A stretch of 64,000 nt of DNA, taken from NCBI GenBank assembly GCA_964291265.2, contig OZ219747.1, positions 4,128,001 through 4,192,000 of the forward strand, in the 5' to 3' direction. The notes beneath the pieces were generated by a model. It worked only from the letters and a program-made list of their open reading frames with translations, had not been told where the DNA came from and did no database searches. This stretch comes from Alphaproteobacteria bacterium. Lineage in GTDB: Bacteria > Pseudomonadota > Alphaproteobacteria > SP197. The translations under genes and the position numbers were made by a program. Below are positions 38,382-49,613 of the stretch, in pieces (within the stretch, counting starts at the first letter, position 1; each line of letters begins with the position of its first letter).

Positions 38382-39173
38382 ATGCTCGCCATCGCCTTTC
38401 CAGCCATCGATGCCACCCTGATCGAGATCGGCCCCCTTGCCATCAGATGGTATGCTCTTGCCTACATCGTCGGGATCCTGCTGGGCTGGCGCTACGCCAT
38501 CGTGCTGGCCCGCTCGTCCCCCGGACCCGTCCCGCGCACCGCTGTCGATGACTTCCTGCTCTGGGCAACACTGGGCATCATAATCGGCGGACGCCTTGGC
38601 TATGTCCTGGTCTATCAGCCCGCATGGTTCGTGAACCATCCGCTGGAAGCCTTCGCCCTGTGGCAGGGAGGCATGTCCTTTCATGGAGGCTGTCTCGGAG
38701 TCGTTGTCGCCGCCGTGTTCCATGCACGGCGCCACCAGACACCACTGCTGGCGCTTTCGGACATCGTGGCGTGTGTGGCGCCCGTCGGTCTCCTGCTCGG
38801 ACGGCTGGCAAACTTCGTCAACGGCGAACTCTATGGCCGGGCAACCGAGGTGCCATGGGCGGTCATGTTTCCGGCAGATCCGGAGACGCCGCGCCATCCA
38901 AGTCAACTTTACGAGGCGGCTTTGGAGGGGCTGGCACTCCTCGTCATCATGAGGATCGCCTGGCTGCGGCCCGGCTGGCGCGAGCGTCCTGGCCTGATGA
39001 CCGGCCTCTTTCTGACGGGTTACGCGGTGTTCCGGTCGCTGGCGGAGATGTTCCGGGAACCGGACAGTCACCTTGGATTCATCGCCGGAGCCATGACCAT
39101 GGGACAGCTGTTGTCCCTGCCCATGGCGGCGGCCGGCATCACGCTCCTCATGATGACGCGCCGTCCCGCATGA
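38382..39173 (+). CDS. lgt: Prolipoprotein diacylglyceryl transferase
   Basis: IRWYALAY, GGMSFHGG, GRLANFVNGELYGR and HPSQLYE motifs. Confidence 0.97.
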   Translation: MLAIAFPAIDATLIEIGPLAIRWYALAYIVGILLGWRYAIVLARSSPGPVPRTAVDDFLLWATLGIIIGGRLGYVLVYQPAWFVNHPLEAFALWQGGMSFHGGCLGVVVAAVFHARRHQTPLLALSDIVACVAPVGLLLGRLANFVNGELYGRATEVPWAVMFPADPETPRHPSQLYEAALEGLALLVIMRIAWLRPGWRERPGLMTGLFLTGYAVFRSLAEMFREPDSHLGFIAGAMTMGQLLSLPMAAAGITLLMMTRRPA

Positions 39174-40228
39174 CGGCCCTGGTCGGGAAAATCGGCGAGA
39201 CCGGACCGATCACCATCGAGCGCTACATGGAACTCTCCCTGCTCGATCCCGATCACGGCTACTACACCCGCCAACAACCCTTCGGTGCCGCCGGTGATTT
39301 CGTCACCGCGCCGGAAATCAGCCAGATGTTCGGCGAGCTTCTCGGCCTGTGGTGTTACGCGGCCTGGCAGGCCGCAGGAGCGCCACACCCTGCCCTGCTG
39401 GCGGAGCTCGGACCCGGAAGCGGAACACTCATGGCAGATGCCCTGCGCGCCATCGAATCGGCCACTGGCAGGCCCCAGCCCTTCGACATCGTGCTGGTCG
39501 AGGCGAGCGACCGGCTTGTCCGCCAGCAATGCGATGCCCTTTCCGGCAGGACCGTCTCGTGGTGTTCCGACGTGGAGGACCTTCCATTCCATGGGCCGGC
39601 CTTCATCATCGCCAACGAGTTTCTCGATGCTCTGCCGGTCAGGCAGTTCGTGCGCACCACCGCCGGCTGGCAGGAACGTCTCGTCATGGTCGAGGACGAC
39701 ACGATCGCATTCGTCCTTGGCACCGACACCGGCGGCCTCGCCGCGTCCCTGCCTGATGCGCCAACGGGACGGGTGTGCGAGATCTCACCGGCCCGTGACA
39801 GGATCGCGCGAGGCATCGCCGCAAGACTGGCGGCCGGGGGCGGCGCCATTCTGGTGATCGATTTCACGGCTCCCGGCATGCCGGTGCGCGATACCCTCCA
39901 GGCGGTCCGGCACCACCGGCAGGTCGACCGCCTGGCCACCCCGGGCAAGGCGGACCTCGCCGCCGCAGTGGATTTTGCCGCTCTCGGAAGAGTCGCCACA
40001 TCGCAAGGTCTGGAGGTCTTTGGTCCGATGTACCAGGGCGCTTTCCTGAAGGAGCTGGGGATTGCCGCGCGCACCGAACGCCTGAAGCAGTCCGTCACGC
40101 CGGAAACGGCAGACCGTATCGATCAGGACCTGCATCGGCTGACCTCGCCGGATGCCATGGGAGAGGACTTCCGCGTGATGGCGCTGCTTCCCGCCGGATG
40201 CATCCCGCCAGCGGGCTTCGAGCGGTGA
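39170..40228 (+). CDS. SAM-dependent methyltransferase, MidA/NDUFAF7 family
   Basis: GDFVTAPEISQMFGE, ELGPGSG and ANEFLDALP motifs. Confidence 0.92.
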   Translation: MTALVGKIGETGPITIERYMELSLLDPDHGYYTRQQPFGAAGDFVTAPEISQMFGELLGLWCYAAWQAAGAPHPALLAELGPGSGTLMADALRAIESATGRPQPFDIVLVEASDRLVRQQCDALSGRTVSWCSDVEDLPFHGPAFIIANEFLDALPVRQFVRTTAGWQERLVMVEDDTIAFVLGTDTGGLAASLPDAPTGRVCEISPARDRIARGIAARLAAGGGAILVIDFTAPGMPVRDTLQAVRHHRQVDRLATPGKADLAAAVDFAALGRVATSQGLEVFGPMYQGAFLKELGIAARTERLKQSVTPETADRIDQDLHRLTSPDAMGEDFRVMALLPAGCIPPAGFER

Positions 40229-40983
40229 TCACGGCTCCCCTTCTCACCGGCTGCCCCGGCGTGCGTCACGGATTCTTCGAGCGAAGGGGCGGCACCAGCC
40301 AGGGACTCTACGCTTCGCTCAATGTCAGCCTCGGTTCCGGCGATGACCGGCGGCGTGTCATCGCGAACCGTGCCCGCGTCGCCCGTGCCCTCGACCTGGA
40401 GCAGGACCGCCTCGTCACGCTCTATCAGGTCCACAGTGCTGATGTTGTCATAGTCAGGAACGGAGCCGAAGGCGCCACCAAGGCTGACGGCATGGTGACC
40501 GGCCAGCCGGGTCTGGGGCTCGGCGTCCTGACAGCTGATTGTGCGCCCGTGCTGCTGGCCGACGGAGAAGCCGGCATCATCGGTGCCGCACACGCCGGCT
40601 GGGGAGGCGCCTTGCGGGGAATCACCGATGCCGTCACTGCTTCCATGGTCAGCATCGGCGCCAGGCGCGAGCGGATCGTTGCCGTCGTGGGCCCGACAAT
40701 CGCCCTGGAATCGTATGAGGTCGGTCCGGAGTTTCACCAGAGATTCACCGATGACGACATCGGCAACGGGCGGTACTTCCGCACCGCCCGCCGATCGGGT
40801 CACTTCCATTTTGACCTCCCTGCCTACGTGCTCCATCGTCTTTGGCAAAACGGCATTCGCCATGCCACCTGGACGGGCGGCGACACCTGCCTCGAGGAAG
40901 AGCGTTTCTTCAGCTATCGCCGGAGCGTGCTCCGGCATGAACCGGACTATGGCCGACAGATCGCCGTCATCTGCCTTGTCTGA
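40225..40983 (+). CDS. pgeF: Peptidoglycan editing factor PgeF (YfiH)
   Basis: QVHS, TADCAPV, HAGW and FFSYRR motifs. Confidence 0.92.
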   Translation: MITAPLLTGCPGVRHGFFERRGGTSQGLYASLNVSLGSGDDRRRVIANRARVARALDLEQDRLVTLYQVHSADVVIVRNGAEGATKADGMVTGQPGLGLGVLTADCAPVLLADGEAGIIGAAHAGWGGALRGITDAVTASMVSIGARRERIVAVVGPTIALESYEVGPEFHQRFTDDDIGNGRYFRTARRSGHFHFDLPAYVLHRLWQNGIRHATWTGGDTCLEEERFFSYRRSVLRHEPDYGRQIAVICLV

Positions 40984-41048
40984 CAGGACTTACACTGTCG
41001 GACGCCCTTTGCTATGAGGGCCCGGCATTCGAGGGTGCTGTACATTTC

Positions 41049-41981
41049 ATGAAACTTGTTTCCGGCAACAGCAACCGGCCGATGGCCGAGGCCATGGCCT
41101 CTGATCTCGGCATCAGCCTTGCCAACGCCAGTATCCGGCGCTTCGCCGACATGGAAGTTTTTGTCGAGGTCCACGAGAATGTGCGTGGAGAGGATGTCTT
41201 CGTGATCCAGTCGACCTCCTTCCCGGCAAACGATCACGTCATGGAACTGCTGATCACGATCGATGCCTTGCGCCGCGCCTCCGCGCGGCGCATCACCGCC
41301 GTCATCCCCTACTTCGGATACGGTCGCCAGGACAGGAAGGTCGGTTCGCGCACCCCGATCTCGGCCAAGCTCGTGGCCAACCTCCTCACCGAAGCCGGCA
41401 GCAACCGCATCCTGACGCTGGACCTGCATGCCGGCCAGATCCAGGGATTCTTCGACATTCCGGTCGACAACCTCTACGCCGCTCCCGGCATCGTTCAGGA
41501 TATTCGCGCGACTCTCGGCGACAGCAACCTGACCATCGTCTCCCCCGACGTCGGTGGTGTCTTCCGCGCCCGCCAGATCGCCCAGCGGCTTGACGCGGAC
41601 CTTGCGATCGTCGATAAGCGCCGCGAGCGTGCCGGTGTTTCCGAGGTGCTGAACATCATCGGAGACGTCAGCGGCCGGCGTTGCATCATTGTAGATGATA
41701 TCGTCGATTCAGGAGGCACACTGTGCAATGCGGCCACGGCCTTGCTCGAGGCAGGCGCCTCCGGGGTTGACGCGTACATTGTTCACGGCGTGTTGTCTGG
41801 AAGTGCTGTCGAGCGGATTGATGCATCGGAGATCGCCAGCATGACGATCACGGATTCGATCGAGCCCACCCCGAGGGTTCTGGCGTCCCGGACACTGAGG
41901 GTGATCACCGTGGCTCCACTCATGGCCAGCGCCGTCCAGAGGATCAGCGAGGAAAGCTCGGTATCGAGCCTCTTCGACTAG
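41049..41981 (+). CDS. prs: Ribose-phosphate pyrophosphokinase
   Basis: [22 protein letters not shown] and DDIVDSGGT motifs. Confidence 0.97.
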   Translation: MKLVSGNSNRPMAEAMASDLGISLANASIRRFADMEVFVEVHENVRGEDVFVIQSTSFPANDHVMELLITIDALRRASARRITAVIPYFGYGRQDRKVGSRTPISAKLVANLLTEAGSNRILTLDLHAGQIQGFFDIPVDNLYAAPGIVQDIRATLGDSNLTIVSPDVGGVFRARQIAQRLDADLAIVDKRRERAGVSEVLNIIGDVSGRRCIIVDDIVDSGGTLCNAATALLEAGASGVDAYIVHGVLSGSAVERIDASEIASMTITDSIEPTPRVLASRTLRVITVAPLMASAVQRISEESSVSSLFD

Positions 41982-42009
41982 GTGACATTTCTGCCCGGAG
42001 TGTGAACAC

Positions 42010-42669
42010 ATGGATAATCAGGCCACCATCGCAGCCAAGCTGCGCAGTCGTTCCGGAACCGGCGCCGCCCGCGAGGCACGGCGCAATGGTCTGGTCCCGG
42101 GCGTGGTCTATGGCGCCAGCCTTGAGAACATTTCCATTTCGGTGCCGCACGACATGCTGGCCCGGGAAGCCGGAACCGCGGCTTTCTTCTCCACGCTGTA
42201 TCGTCTGAAGGTGGCGGACCGGGACCTCGATGTGGTGGCGCGCGACCTGCAGCTCCATCCGGTCACGGACACCATCCTGCACGTCGACTTTCTCGCGGTC
42301 ACCGCAGACTCGACCATCACGGTCAACATTCCCGTCACCTTCCTCAATGAGGAGGACTGCCAGGGACTGCGCCGTGGAGGTGTGCTCAATGTCGTACGCC
42401 ACGAAATCGAGTGCCAATGTCCGGCCAGCGCCATTCCCGACACCATCGAGATCGATCTCGCAGGACTCGACATTGGCGACAGCATTCATATCAGCGCCGT
42501 CAGCCTGCCGGCTGAAGTGGCTCCCACGATCGACGACCGGGACTTCACCATCGCCACGATCGCCGCGCCGACGGTGGCGAGCGATCTTGTCGAGGTCGAG
42601 GGAGAAGAGGTCGAGGAAGCTGACGCCGAGGATGGCGTGGGTGCGGGAGACATCGATACCGGAGCATGA
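42010..42669 (+). CDS. rplY: 50S ribosomal protein L25 / Ctc
   Basis: VPGVVYG, QLHPVTD..HVDF and GDSIHIS motifs. Confidence 0.95.
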   Translation: MDNQATIAAKLRSRSGTGAAREARRNGLVPGVVYGASLENISISVPHDMLAREAGTAAFFSTLYRLKVADRDLDVVARDLQLHPVTDTILHVDFLAVTADSTITVNIPVTFLNEEDCQGLRRGGVLNVVRHEIECQCPASAIPDTIEIDLAGLDIGDSIHISAVSLPAEVAPTIDDRDFTIATIAAPTVASDLVEVEGEEVEEADAEDGVGAGDIDTGA

Positions 42670-42694
42670 GCCGGTCGCCCTGCACGGTCCTCAC

Positions 42695-43291
42695 ATGCTT
42701 CTGCTCGCCGGGCTCGGCAACCCCGGGTCCCGGCACGCGCACCAGCGCCACAATGTCGGGTTCATGGCCGTCGACAGGATAGCGGCGGCACACGGGTTCG
42801 GCGCCTGGCGGAAACGCTTCCACGGCGAAGCCGCCGAAGGGCGGCTCGGCGGGCTGAAGACGTTCCTGTTCAAGCCCCTCGTCTACATGAACAACTCCGG
42901 GCGGGCCCTCGGCGAGGTTGTCCGCTTCTTCCAGTTGCCGGTGTCCGCAGTGGTCGTCCTCCATGACGAGATCGACCTGGGTCTCGGCACGGTCCGGGTG
43001 AAACAGGGAGGCAGCCATGCCGGACACAACGGCATCAGGAGCGTTCACACCCACATCGGCCCGGATTACCGGCGCGTGAGGATCGGGGTCGATCATCCAG
43101 GCCACAGGGACCTCGTGATCGGACATGTGCTCAAGGACTTTCCGGCATCGGAACGTCAACGGGTGGACCGTGTTCTCGACGCGATCGTCGACGCCGCGCC
43201 ATTCCTCGCCGAAGGCGCGGATGACAGGTTCCAGAGCCGGGTTGCCCTTCTGGTCGAACCGGAGCCCGGAAACGGCGATGTCCGGCATTAG
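42695..43291 (+). CDS. pth: Peptidyl-tRNA hydrolase
   Basis: GLGNPG, RHNVGF, YMNNSG and GHNGIRS motifs. Confidence 0.96.
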   Translation: MLLLAGLGNPGSRHAHQRHNVGFMAVDRIAAAHGFGAWRKRFHGEAAEGRLGGLKTFLFKPLVYMNNSGRALGEVVRFFQLPVSAVVVLHDEIDLGLGTVRVKQGGSHAGHNGIRSVHTHIGPDYRRVRIGVDHPGHRDLVIGHVLKDFPASERQRVDRVLDAIVDAAPFLAEGADDRFQSRVALLVEPEPGNGDVRH

Positions 43292-44381
43292 GTGCGGTAT
43301 CGTCGGCCTGCCCAATGTCGGCAAGTCGACGCTGTTCAATGCCCTGACATCGACAGCAGCGGCCCAGGTCGGCAACTTCCCGTTCTCGACCATCGAACCC
43401 AACATCGGGCGCGTCAGCGTACCCGACGAGCGTCTCGATACCCTTGCTGCCATCAGCCACGCACCAAGGAGTGTCCGCAACCACGTCGAATTCGTCGACA
43501 TCGCCGGTCTCGTCAAGGGCGCCAGCCGGGGCGAGGGCTTGGGAAACCGGTTTCTCGCCAGCATCCGCGAAGTCGATGCCATCCTCCATCTGGTCCGCTG
43601 CTTCGAGGGAGGCAATGTCGCCCACGTCGATGGCGGCGTCGATCCGCTGCGTGACATCGCCACCATCGAAACGGAGCTCATGCTGGCGGATCTGGAGAGT
43701 CTGGAACGGCGCATCGAGACGACGTCAAGGCGCGCTGCGGGCGGCGACAGGGAGGCGGCAGAGATCCTGCCGCTCATGCAACGGGCGCTCGAGTCCCTTG
43801 CCGCCGGCAGGCCAGCGCTTGCCGTCCAGCTCTCCCCGAGCGAGATACGAGCATTCGCCATGCTGCACTTGCTGACCGCGCGACCGACCCTCTACGTGTG
43901 CAACGTCGACGACGACTCCATGACCGACGACAGTCCTCTCGTCCGCAAGGTCGTGCGCCATGCCGAGAGCAACGGCAGCCGCGCCATCGCCATCGCGGCC
44001 TCCCTGGAGTCCGAACTCGCCCAGCTGCCCGGTGACGGTGAACGCAAGGCCTTTTTCGAGGAGCTCGGTCTCGGAGAGCCCGGCCTCAACCGCATCATCC
44101 GCGCCGCCCACGAGCTGCTCGGGCTCATCACGTTCTTCACCGCAGGACCGAAGGAGGCACGCGCCTGGTCGGTCACGAAGGGCGCCACGGCGGCCCAGGC
44201 CGCGGGCGCCGTCCACAGCGACATGGAACGCGGCTTCATCTGTGCCGAGACCATCACCCATGGCGATCTCGTCGCCTGCGGCAGCGAGCAGGATGCACGG
44301 TCACGGGGTCTCATGCGCCGCGAGGGACGCAACTACAGGGTGATGGATGGCGATGTCTTCTGCTTCCGCTTCAATGTCTGA
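43278..44381 (+). CDS. ychF: Ribosome-binding ATPase YchF
   Basis: GIVGLPNVGKSTLFNAL, DIAGLVKGAS and C-terminal FRFNV. Confidence 0.96.
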   Translation: MSGIRCGIVGLPNVGKSTLFNALTSTAAAQVGNFPFSTIEPNIGRVSVPDERLDTLAAISHAPRSVRNHVEFVDIAGLVKGASRGEGLGNRFLASIREVDAILHLVRCFEGGNVAHVDGGVDPLRDIATIETELMLADLESLERRIETTSRRAAGGDREAAEILPLMQRALESLAAGRPALAVQLSPSEIRAFAMLHLLTARPTLYVCNVDDDSMTDDSPLVRKVVRHAESNGSRAIAIAASLESELAQLPGDGERKAFFEELGLGEPGLNRIIRAAHELLGLITFFTAGPKEARAWSVTKGATAAQAAGAVHSDMERGFICAETITHGDLVACGSEQDARSRGLMRREGRNYRVMDGDVFCFRFNV

Positions 44382-45735
44382 ACGCCGGATCCGGCGTTGT
44401 GCCGTTGCCGGATTGATCCAGCGCGAGACTGCCCGGTTTCACGAGGAGCGACCACGGTCGGCAGCCCTCGTGAGGCGCGCCGGCGAACTCATGCCGTCAG
44501 GGGTCCCCATGGCATGGATGCGGGGACTGCAGCATCACGAACCGGTCTTTGTCGAATCGGGATCCGGCGCCACCTTCACCGACGTGGACGGCCACCGCTA
44601 CGTCGACTTCAACCAGGCCGATCTATCCTCGACCGCCGGATATGCCGTGCCTGGGATCGTCGAGGCCGTGTCGCGACAGATGATGGCGGGGGCCCAGTTC
44701 CTCATGCCGTCGGAGGACGCCGTGGCGGTCGCCGGTGACCTCGCCGGCCGCTTCGCCCTCGGCCACTGGCAGTTCACGCTTTCCGCTTCGTCCGCCATGA
44801 CCGAGGCCCTGCGCCTGGCACGTCTTGCCACGGGGCGCGACGGCATCCTCATGTTTGATGGCAGCTACCATGGTCACATCGACGAGACGCTGGCCGACTA
44901 TTCCCACGATGAGCCGTCGGTCTCCTCCTGGGGACTGCCGCACGACCATGGCCGTCACACCACCATCATTCCCTACAACGATCTCGAGGCCGTTCGCCGG
45001 AAACTGGCAGGCGGGCGGATGGCCGCCCTCGTCGTCGAGCCGGCGCTCACCAATGTCGGGCTGGTGCTCGCCCGTGACGGATTTCTCCAGGACCTGCGCG
45101 CGCTCGCCGACGCTCAAGGCACGCTGCTCGTGGTCGACGAGACCCACACCCACATGTTCGCCTGGGGCGGCATGGCAGGGCACGCTGGCCTCCGCCCGCA
45201 CATTGTCGTCATCGGCAAGAACTTCGCCGGCGGAGTGCCGATCGGCGCCTACGGTTTCGAGGCGCACCTGGCGGACCTGATGGACCGCCATCTCTTCGAT
45301 CCTCTGAGTGATGCCGGCGGTCTCGCCGTCGGCGGCACTCTCTACGGCAATGCGCTCTCGTTCGCCGCCGCCCGTGCCTGTCTCGACCAGGTCATGACCC
45401 GCAAAGGCTACGAGCGGACTTCCGAACTCGGCGCCCTTCTCGCCCGGGGTATCCAGAAGATCATCGATGACGCGAACCTGGGCTGGAAGGCGCAGCAGCT
45501 GCACAACCGTGCCGGCTGGCTCTACCACCGTGAAGAACCCCGAAGCGGCGCCCAAGCGGCGCGTCTCGCCGACACCCTGCTTACCGATTCGCGGCGCATC
45601 TTCATGGCCAATCGCGGCATCTGGGAGGCCACCGCCACCGCCGGCCCGACGGTCTCCTTCGCCATGACCCGGGCCGACATCGATCTCTACCTCGATGTCG
45701 CCCGCCTCTGGATCGATACCCTGCTGACCACCTGA
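44374..45735 (+). CDS. Class III PLP aminotransferase (HemL-like)
   Basis: DVDGHRYVD, GSYHG, DETHT, GKNFAGGVPIG and GGTLYGN motifs. Confidence 0.85.
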   Translation: MSERRIRRCAVAGLIQRETARFHEERPRSAALVRRAGELMPSGVPMAWMRGLQHHEPVFVESGSGATFTDVDGHRYVDFNQADLSSTAGYAVPGIVEAVSRQMMAGAQFLMPSEDAVAVAGDLAGRFALGHWQFTLSASSAMTEALRLARLATGRDGILMFDGSYHGHIDETLADYSHDEPSVSSWGLPHDHGRHTTIIPYNDLEAVRRKLAGGRMAALVVEPALTNVGLVLARDGFLQDLRALADAQGTLLVVDETHTHMFAWGGMAGHAGLRPHIVVIGKNFAGGVPIGAYGFEAHLADLMDRHLFDPLSDAGGLAVGGTLYGNALSFAAARACLDQVMTRKGYERTSELGALLARGIQKIIDDANLGWKAQQLHNRAGWLYHREEPRSGAQAARLADTLLTDSRRIFMANRGIWEATATAGPTVSFAMTRADIDLYLDVARLWIDTLLTT

Positions 45736-45910
45736 TCTCTCCGGCCGTTTCAGCGGTCATCGCTGATGGGATTCGCTGTCATGACCACCAGGGCCTGTGC
45801 CCCCGTGGAGAGATCAGGGGAGCAGCCATCAACACGAAGATGACCTCAACTGGAAGCCTGATGAAGAGTGCTCAGAGATCCACAAGATGATGCCTGTCGC
45901 CGGAGTATCC

Positions 45911-46128
45911 ATGCGGGGGCGCAATGGGACAACAGCCTGGCGGTGCGGCTGCCCAGAGCATTGGTCAACGATCTCGACCTGAAGGCAGGAGATCATGTCC
46001 GCTGATCGCGTCGTGCGCACCCCGCGATTGCCAGGGACGAGAGCATCGAGCGCGCCATAGAACGAATGTGCGCCCTGCCCATCCCTGCCGACTGTTGACT
46101 TCGATCGGGTCGAGGCCAACGCCCGATG
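45911..46128 (+). pseudogene. AbrB/MazE antitoxin relic
   Basis: QWDNSLAVRLPRALVNDLDLKAGDHV ... FDRVEANAR, broken by frameshifts and stops. Confidence 0.65.
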
Positions 46129-46551
46129 ACGATGTTCTTCGCCGCAAGCGTTCGGTCACGCGGTGATGGGGGCGATGACAGCACTGAGCGAACAGCAGGC
46201 GAGTCCCGGGGCAATGCGCATTTGCCACTGTTGTTGTCCTCATCATCGTCACCCTTCGACCGAACACTGACAGAACGAGAGCACGGCGACACTGGTTCGA
46301 GGCCCCGGTGTTGCTGGGGAAATCGGCGACCAACAGACTCCGGGCCGCCACTGCCCCCATGTCGCTGCCCGTCGCCGTCAGCACGGCGATCTTCTGTAAC
46401 TGCCCAGGTACCTCGTCATCAGGTCTGAGTCTGTGTTGACGTTGGTCGCGTTGGGTGTCGTTTTGGTGTCGTCGGGTTGTTGATCTTGGGCGGCTTGACT
46501 CAATAGGCCGGTGAGTCTATGAGTTGCCCTCTGTCATGAGGGGAGCGGCCG

Positions 46552-47454
46552 TTGGGGTACTTCGGATCGAAGGCAACGCCGGGTTTGTGCCAGGCGCTGA
46601 TTGCGCTGATGCCGCCGCACTCTGTCTACATTGAGAGCCATCTTGGGGGCGGAGCGCTGATGAAGCCCAGACCACAGGGAAAACAGACGATCCCGCGAGT
46701 GCCTCGGAACCGAAACCCTCCCGGCAACCGTCACCAAGACCGAAGCAGAGGCCGACGGAACAACCCGAACCGGACCAAAACGACAATAGGAAAAGACGGG
46801 CGGCGCTCGGTGAGACAATCAACCGAACACTGAACCCACGACAACAGGACGTGACAATAGGACCTGACAACAGGGAAGAAACACGACCCTGACAAAGCGC
46901 GGCAAATCGCCGAAATCCCGCCGTTCTATGCAGCCATCAACAGCGCAAGCCTGCGTCTGTGCGCTCGATCGGGTGTTGACCGTGATGAGCGTGCGCTTGT
47001 GGGCCTTTGAGTGCGACTATCCGGTGGAGTTGGTGCACGACTGTGCTCACTCCTTCCTGGCTTCGTTACCGTTTCTGGGCGTTCGTCGCAGCGCTACCGC
47101 TTCGAGTACGAGGAGGCGGACCATGTTGCGCTCCTTGGACTACTCAAGGGCCTGCCCTGCTGTTGATGGTCTCGGGCCACCCGTGAAGCGCTCTATGACG
47201 ATCTTCTGGCGGGCTGGCGCCGGGTGGCGCTGCAGGTGACGACCCAGGCCCAGGTGCGGACCGAGGTGGTATGGTTCAACTTTGCCCCCGACCGGGTGCA
47301 CTGGTCGCGCTACGCGGGGCGGAACTTCACCGCACGCCAGTGCATCAAGCGCAAGGCGGCCAACTGGGGGCGGCGCTACGAGGCCATGCCGCCGGGGGAA
47401 CGTCTGGCCGTGCTGGCGGCGATCATGGCCGTCGAGGCCGGGGAGGGTTCGTGA
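46552..47454 (+). pseudogene. Dam-like (D12 class) DNA adenine methyltransferase, disrupted
   Basis: GYFGSK..LMPPHSVYIESHLGGGALMK | insertion | RKPA..FECDYPVELVH..RYRFEYEEADHV..RTEVVWFNF; frameshifts present and no DPPY segment found. Confidence 0.8.
46672..46942 (-). mobile_element. Solo left end of the IS21 transposon
   Basis: Near-identical to about 24125-24391 and ending in the same ...GCAGCCATCAACA terminus. Confidence 0.9.
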
Positions 47455-48994
47455 CCGTCTCGCGCTGGCGCGCAGACCTCGCTGCCCACGACGAGGCCTT
47501 CGTGGGCCTGCAGGATCTGTTCAGTCCACACTCCTTCGCCGTGACTGCCGTCAAGGCCCTTCGGGAATGGGGCCAGGGGATGTTGCGCCTGAGCGCGGCG
47601 CTGGTCGGGGAGATCGAGGCGCTGGAGCGGGAGAACACCGGCTTGCGCGAACGGATTGATGCACTCGAGCGTAGCGCCGCGCTCGACAGCTCCACCAGCT
47701 CCAAGCCACCGGCCAGTGACGGTCCGAAGAAGAAGAGCGAAAACCGACAGAAGCGCACCCGGAGCCAGCGCGGCAAGTCCGACAGGCCCAGTGGCGGCCA
47801 GCGCGGTCACGAGGGAGTCACCCTGAAGCAGGCCGAGAACCCGGACCATGTCGTCGATCATGCTCCGTCTGCCTGTAAGGGCTGCGGCGCGCCGCTGTCG
47901 GATGATGACCGTCACGCAGAACCCGTCTTGTCGGCAGGTCTTCGACATGCCCGAGCCGCAGCCCCTCGAGGTCACCGAACATCGCGCCCATCGCTGTCTC
48001 TGCGCCGCCTGCGGCGCCGTGACAACAGCCGCCTTCCCGCACGGCGTGAGCGCCCCGGTCCAGTACGGGCCGCGCATCACCGCCTGGGTGACCTACCTGT
48101 TGCACGCCCAGTTCATTCCCGAGAAGCGCGTCGCCGAGGTCATGAGCGACCTCTTCGCCGTCAGGATCTCAACCGCCACCATCGCCGCCATGGGCAGGCG
48201 CACCGCCCGGCGCTTCGAGAGCTTCCTCGATCATGTCGCAGAGATCATCCGCACCCAAGCCCCGGTCAAACACCACAGACGAGACCGGCATCCGCATCAA
48301 CGGCGAGACCCACTGGCTCCATGTGCTGTGCACCCCCTTGCTCACCATCCTGCGCCTCGCCACCGGGCGCAAACACATCGACGAGACACTCAACGGCATC
48401 GTCATCCATGACGACTTGGCCACTTACTTCACTCTCGAGGGCGTGCGCCACGGTGCCTGCAACGCCCATCGCTCGCGCGAACTCCAGGCCTTGATCGAGA
48501 TCGAGAAGGAAGACTGGGCCACCGCCATGCACAGGCTCCTCACCCGTGCCAACAGAGCCGCCCGCTTCGCCCGCAAGAACGACCGCGACATCCCCGCTTC
48601 ACTCCTCGCCCGCATCTCGCAAGCCTGGGACAGGATCCTCGAGCAGGCCATCGCTTCCCACGAACAGAGGCCGCCGCTCCAGCCCGGAAAGCGCGGACGA
48701 CGAAAACGCCGCATCGGCCACAACCTCGCGCTCCGCCTTCAGAAGCACAAGGACGGCTGCCTGCGCTTCCTCACCAACCCGCAAGTCCCGTTCTCCAACA
48801 ACCAGGCCGAGCAAGACTTCCGCATGAGCAAGCTGCGCCAGAAAATCTCGGGCGGCTTCCGATCCATGCAGGGCGCATGCGACTTCGCCAACCTGCGATC
48901 CGTCATCTCCACCGCCCGAAAACAGGGCTGGAATGTCCTCGAAACACTGGCCCACCCCGATCCCATACAGCTGATCCGAAAACTGCGCTTCTGA
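47451..48994 (+). pseudogene. IS66 transposase (DUF6444/TnpC type), frameshifted
   Basis: DSSTSSKPPASD, GGQRGHEG, CxxC, DETG, CNAH and NNQAEQDFRMSK motifs split over three frames (shifts near 47930 and 48278). Confidence 0.88.
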
Positions 48995-49373
48995 CATCCC
49001 CTCCTCGGCGCCACCAGACCAGAGCCTGCAATCCACCTCCCGTGATGACCCGGCGAAATCAGACCTGGGCAGTTACTGGATGATTGCATCATCACGGGGA
49101 CAAAACCTGGTCATATAAGGCGATCGAAGGTGTGCCCGATGTCGACACAAGACAGGACTTGAGATCCATCCTGCGCCAGTCGATTGTCGTGCGGCTGGTG
49201 CACATGCTGCTTCGCTCCCCTGTGGTCGTGCTGCCCGCCGCGGTCATTGCCATCGTGTCGGCGGCCCGCATCGTCGGCATGCGGCGCCTGCTCCCGCGGA
49301 TGGTTCTAACCCTGGAAGCGGGTCATCGCGACAACACCGGAGACGGTGGCGCACCCGGTGCGCCGCGGCCGAC

Positions 49374-49613
49374 TTAGCGACCCGCACCGCGACGAGCGTT
49401 CAGTCCTAGCGAGGTCAACGACTGCTCGTTCCCGTCGCCGGCGGTCTGACGCGGCCGGCGGGGCGGCAAGCTGATGTGCTCTCGGCCGGACGCCTCCTGC
49501 CTCGCACGAAGGTCGTGGAACATCGCTGACACGTCGTGATCGAAGCGTGCCGTGTAGGCATCGCGCACAGCCCACAACTCGGCGATGATCGGGTCAGGCG
49601 GACGTTTCGTCAT
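49374..49613 (-). CDS. Small putative antitoxin downstream of the PIN toxin
   Basis: DPIIAELWAVRDAYTARFDHDV; overlaps the toxin 3' end. Confidence 0.65.
   Translation of the reverse strand: MTKRPPDPIIAELWAVRDAYTARFDHDVSAMFHDLRARQEASGREHISLPPRRPRQTAGDGNEQSLTSLGLNARRGAGR

Larger units (their letters stand above)
46396..49076 (+). mobile_element. IS66-family (single-ORF, ISBst12-like) element with a passenger methyltransferase
   Basis: Perfect 14-bp IR GTAACTGCCCAGGT (46396) / ACCTGGGCAGTTAC (ends 49076); no target duplication seen. Confidence 0.85.

Noticed and set aside
47900-48300. Programmed frameshifting in the IS66 transposase
   Set aside because: Two separate shifts with no clear slippery heptamer, next to a decayed passenger gene; decay or sequencing error is more likely.
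46388-49084. 8-bp target duplication for the IS66 element
   Set aside because: The flanks GATCTTCT and TGGATGAT do not match.
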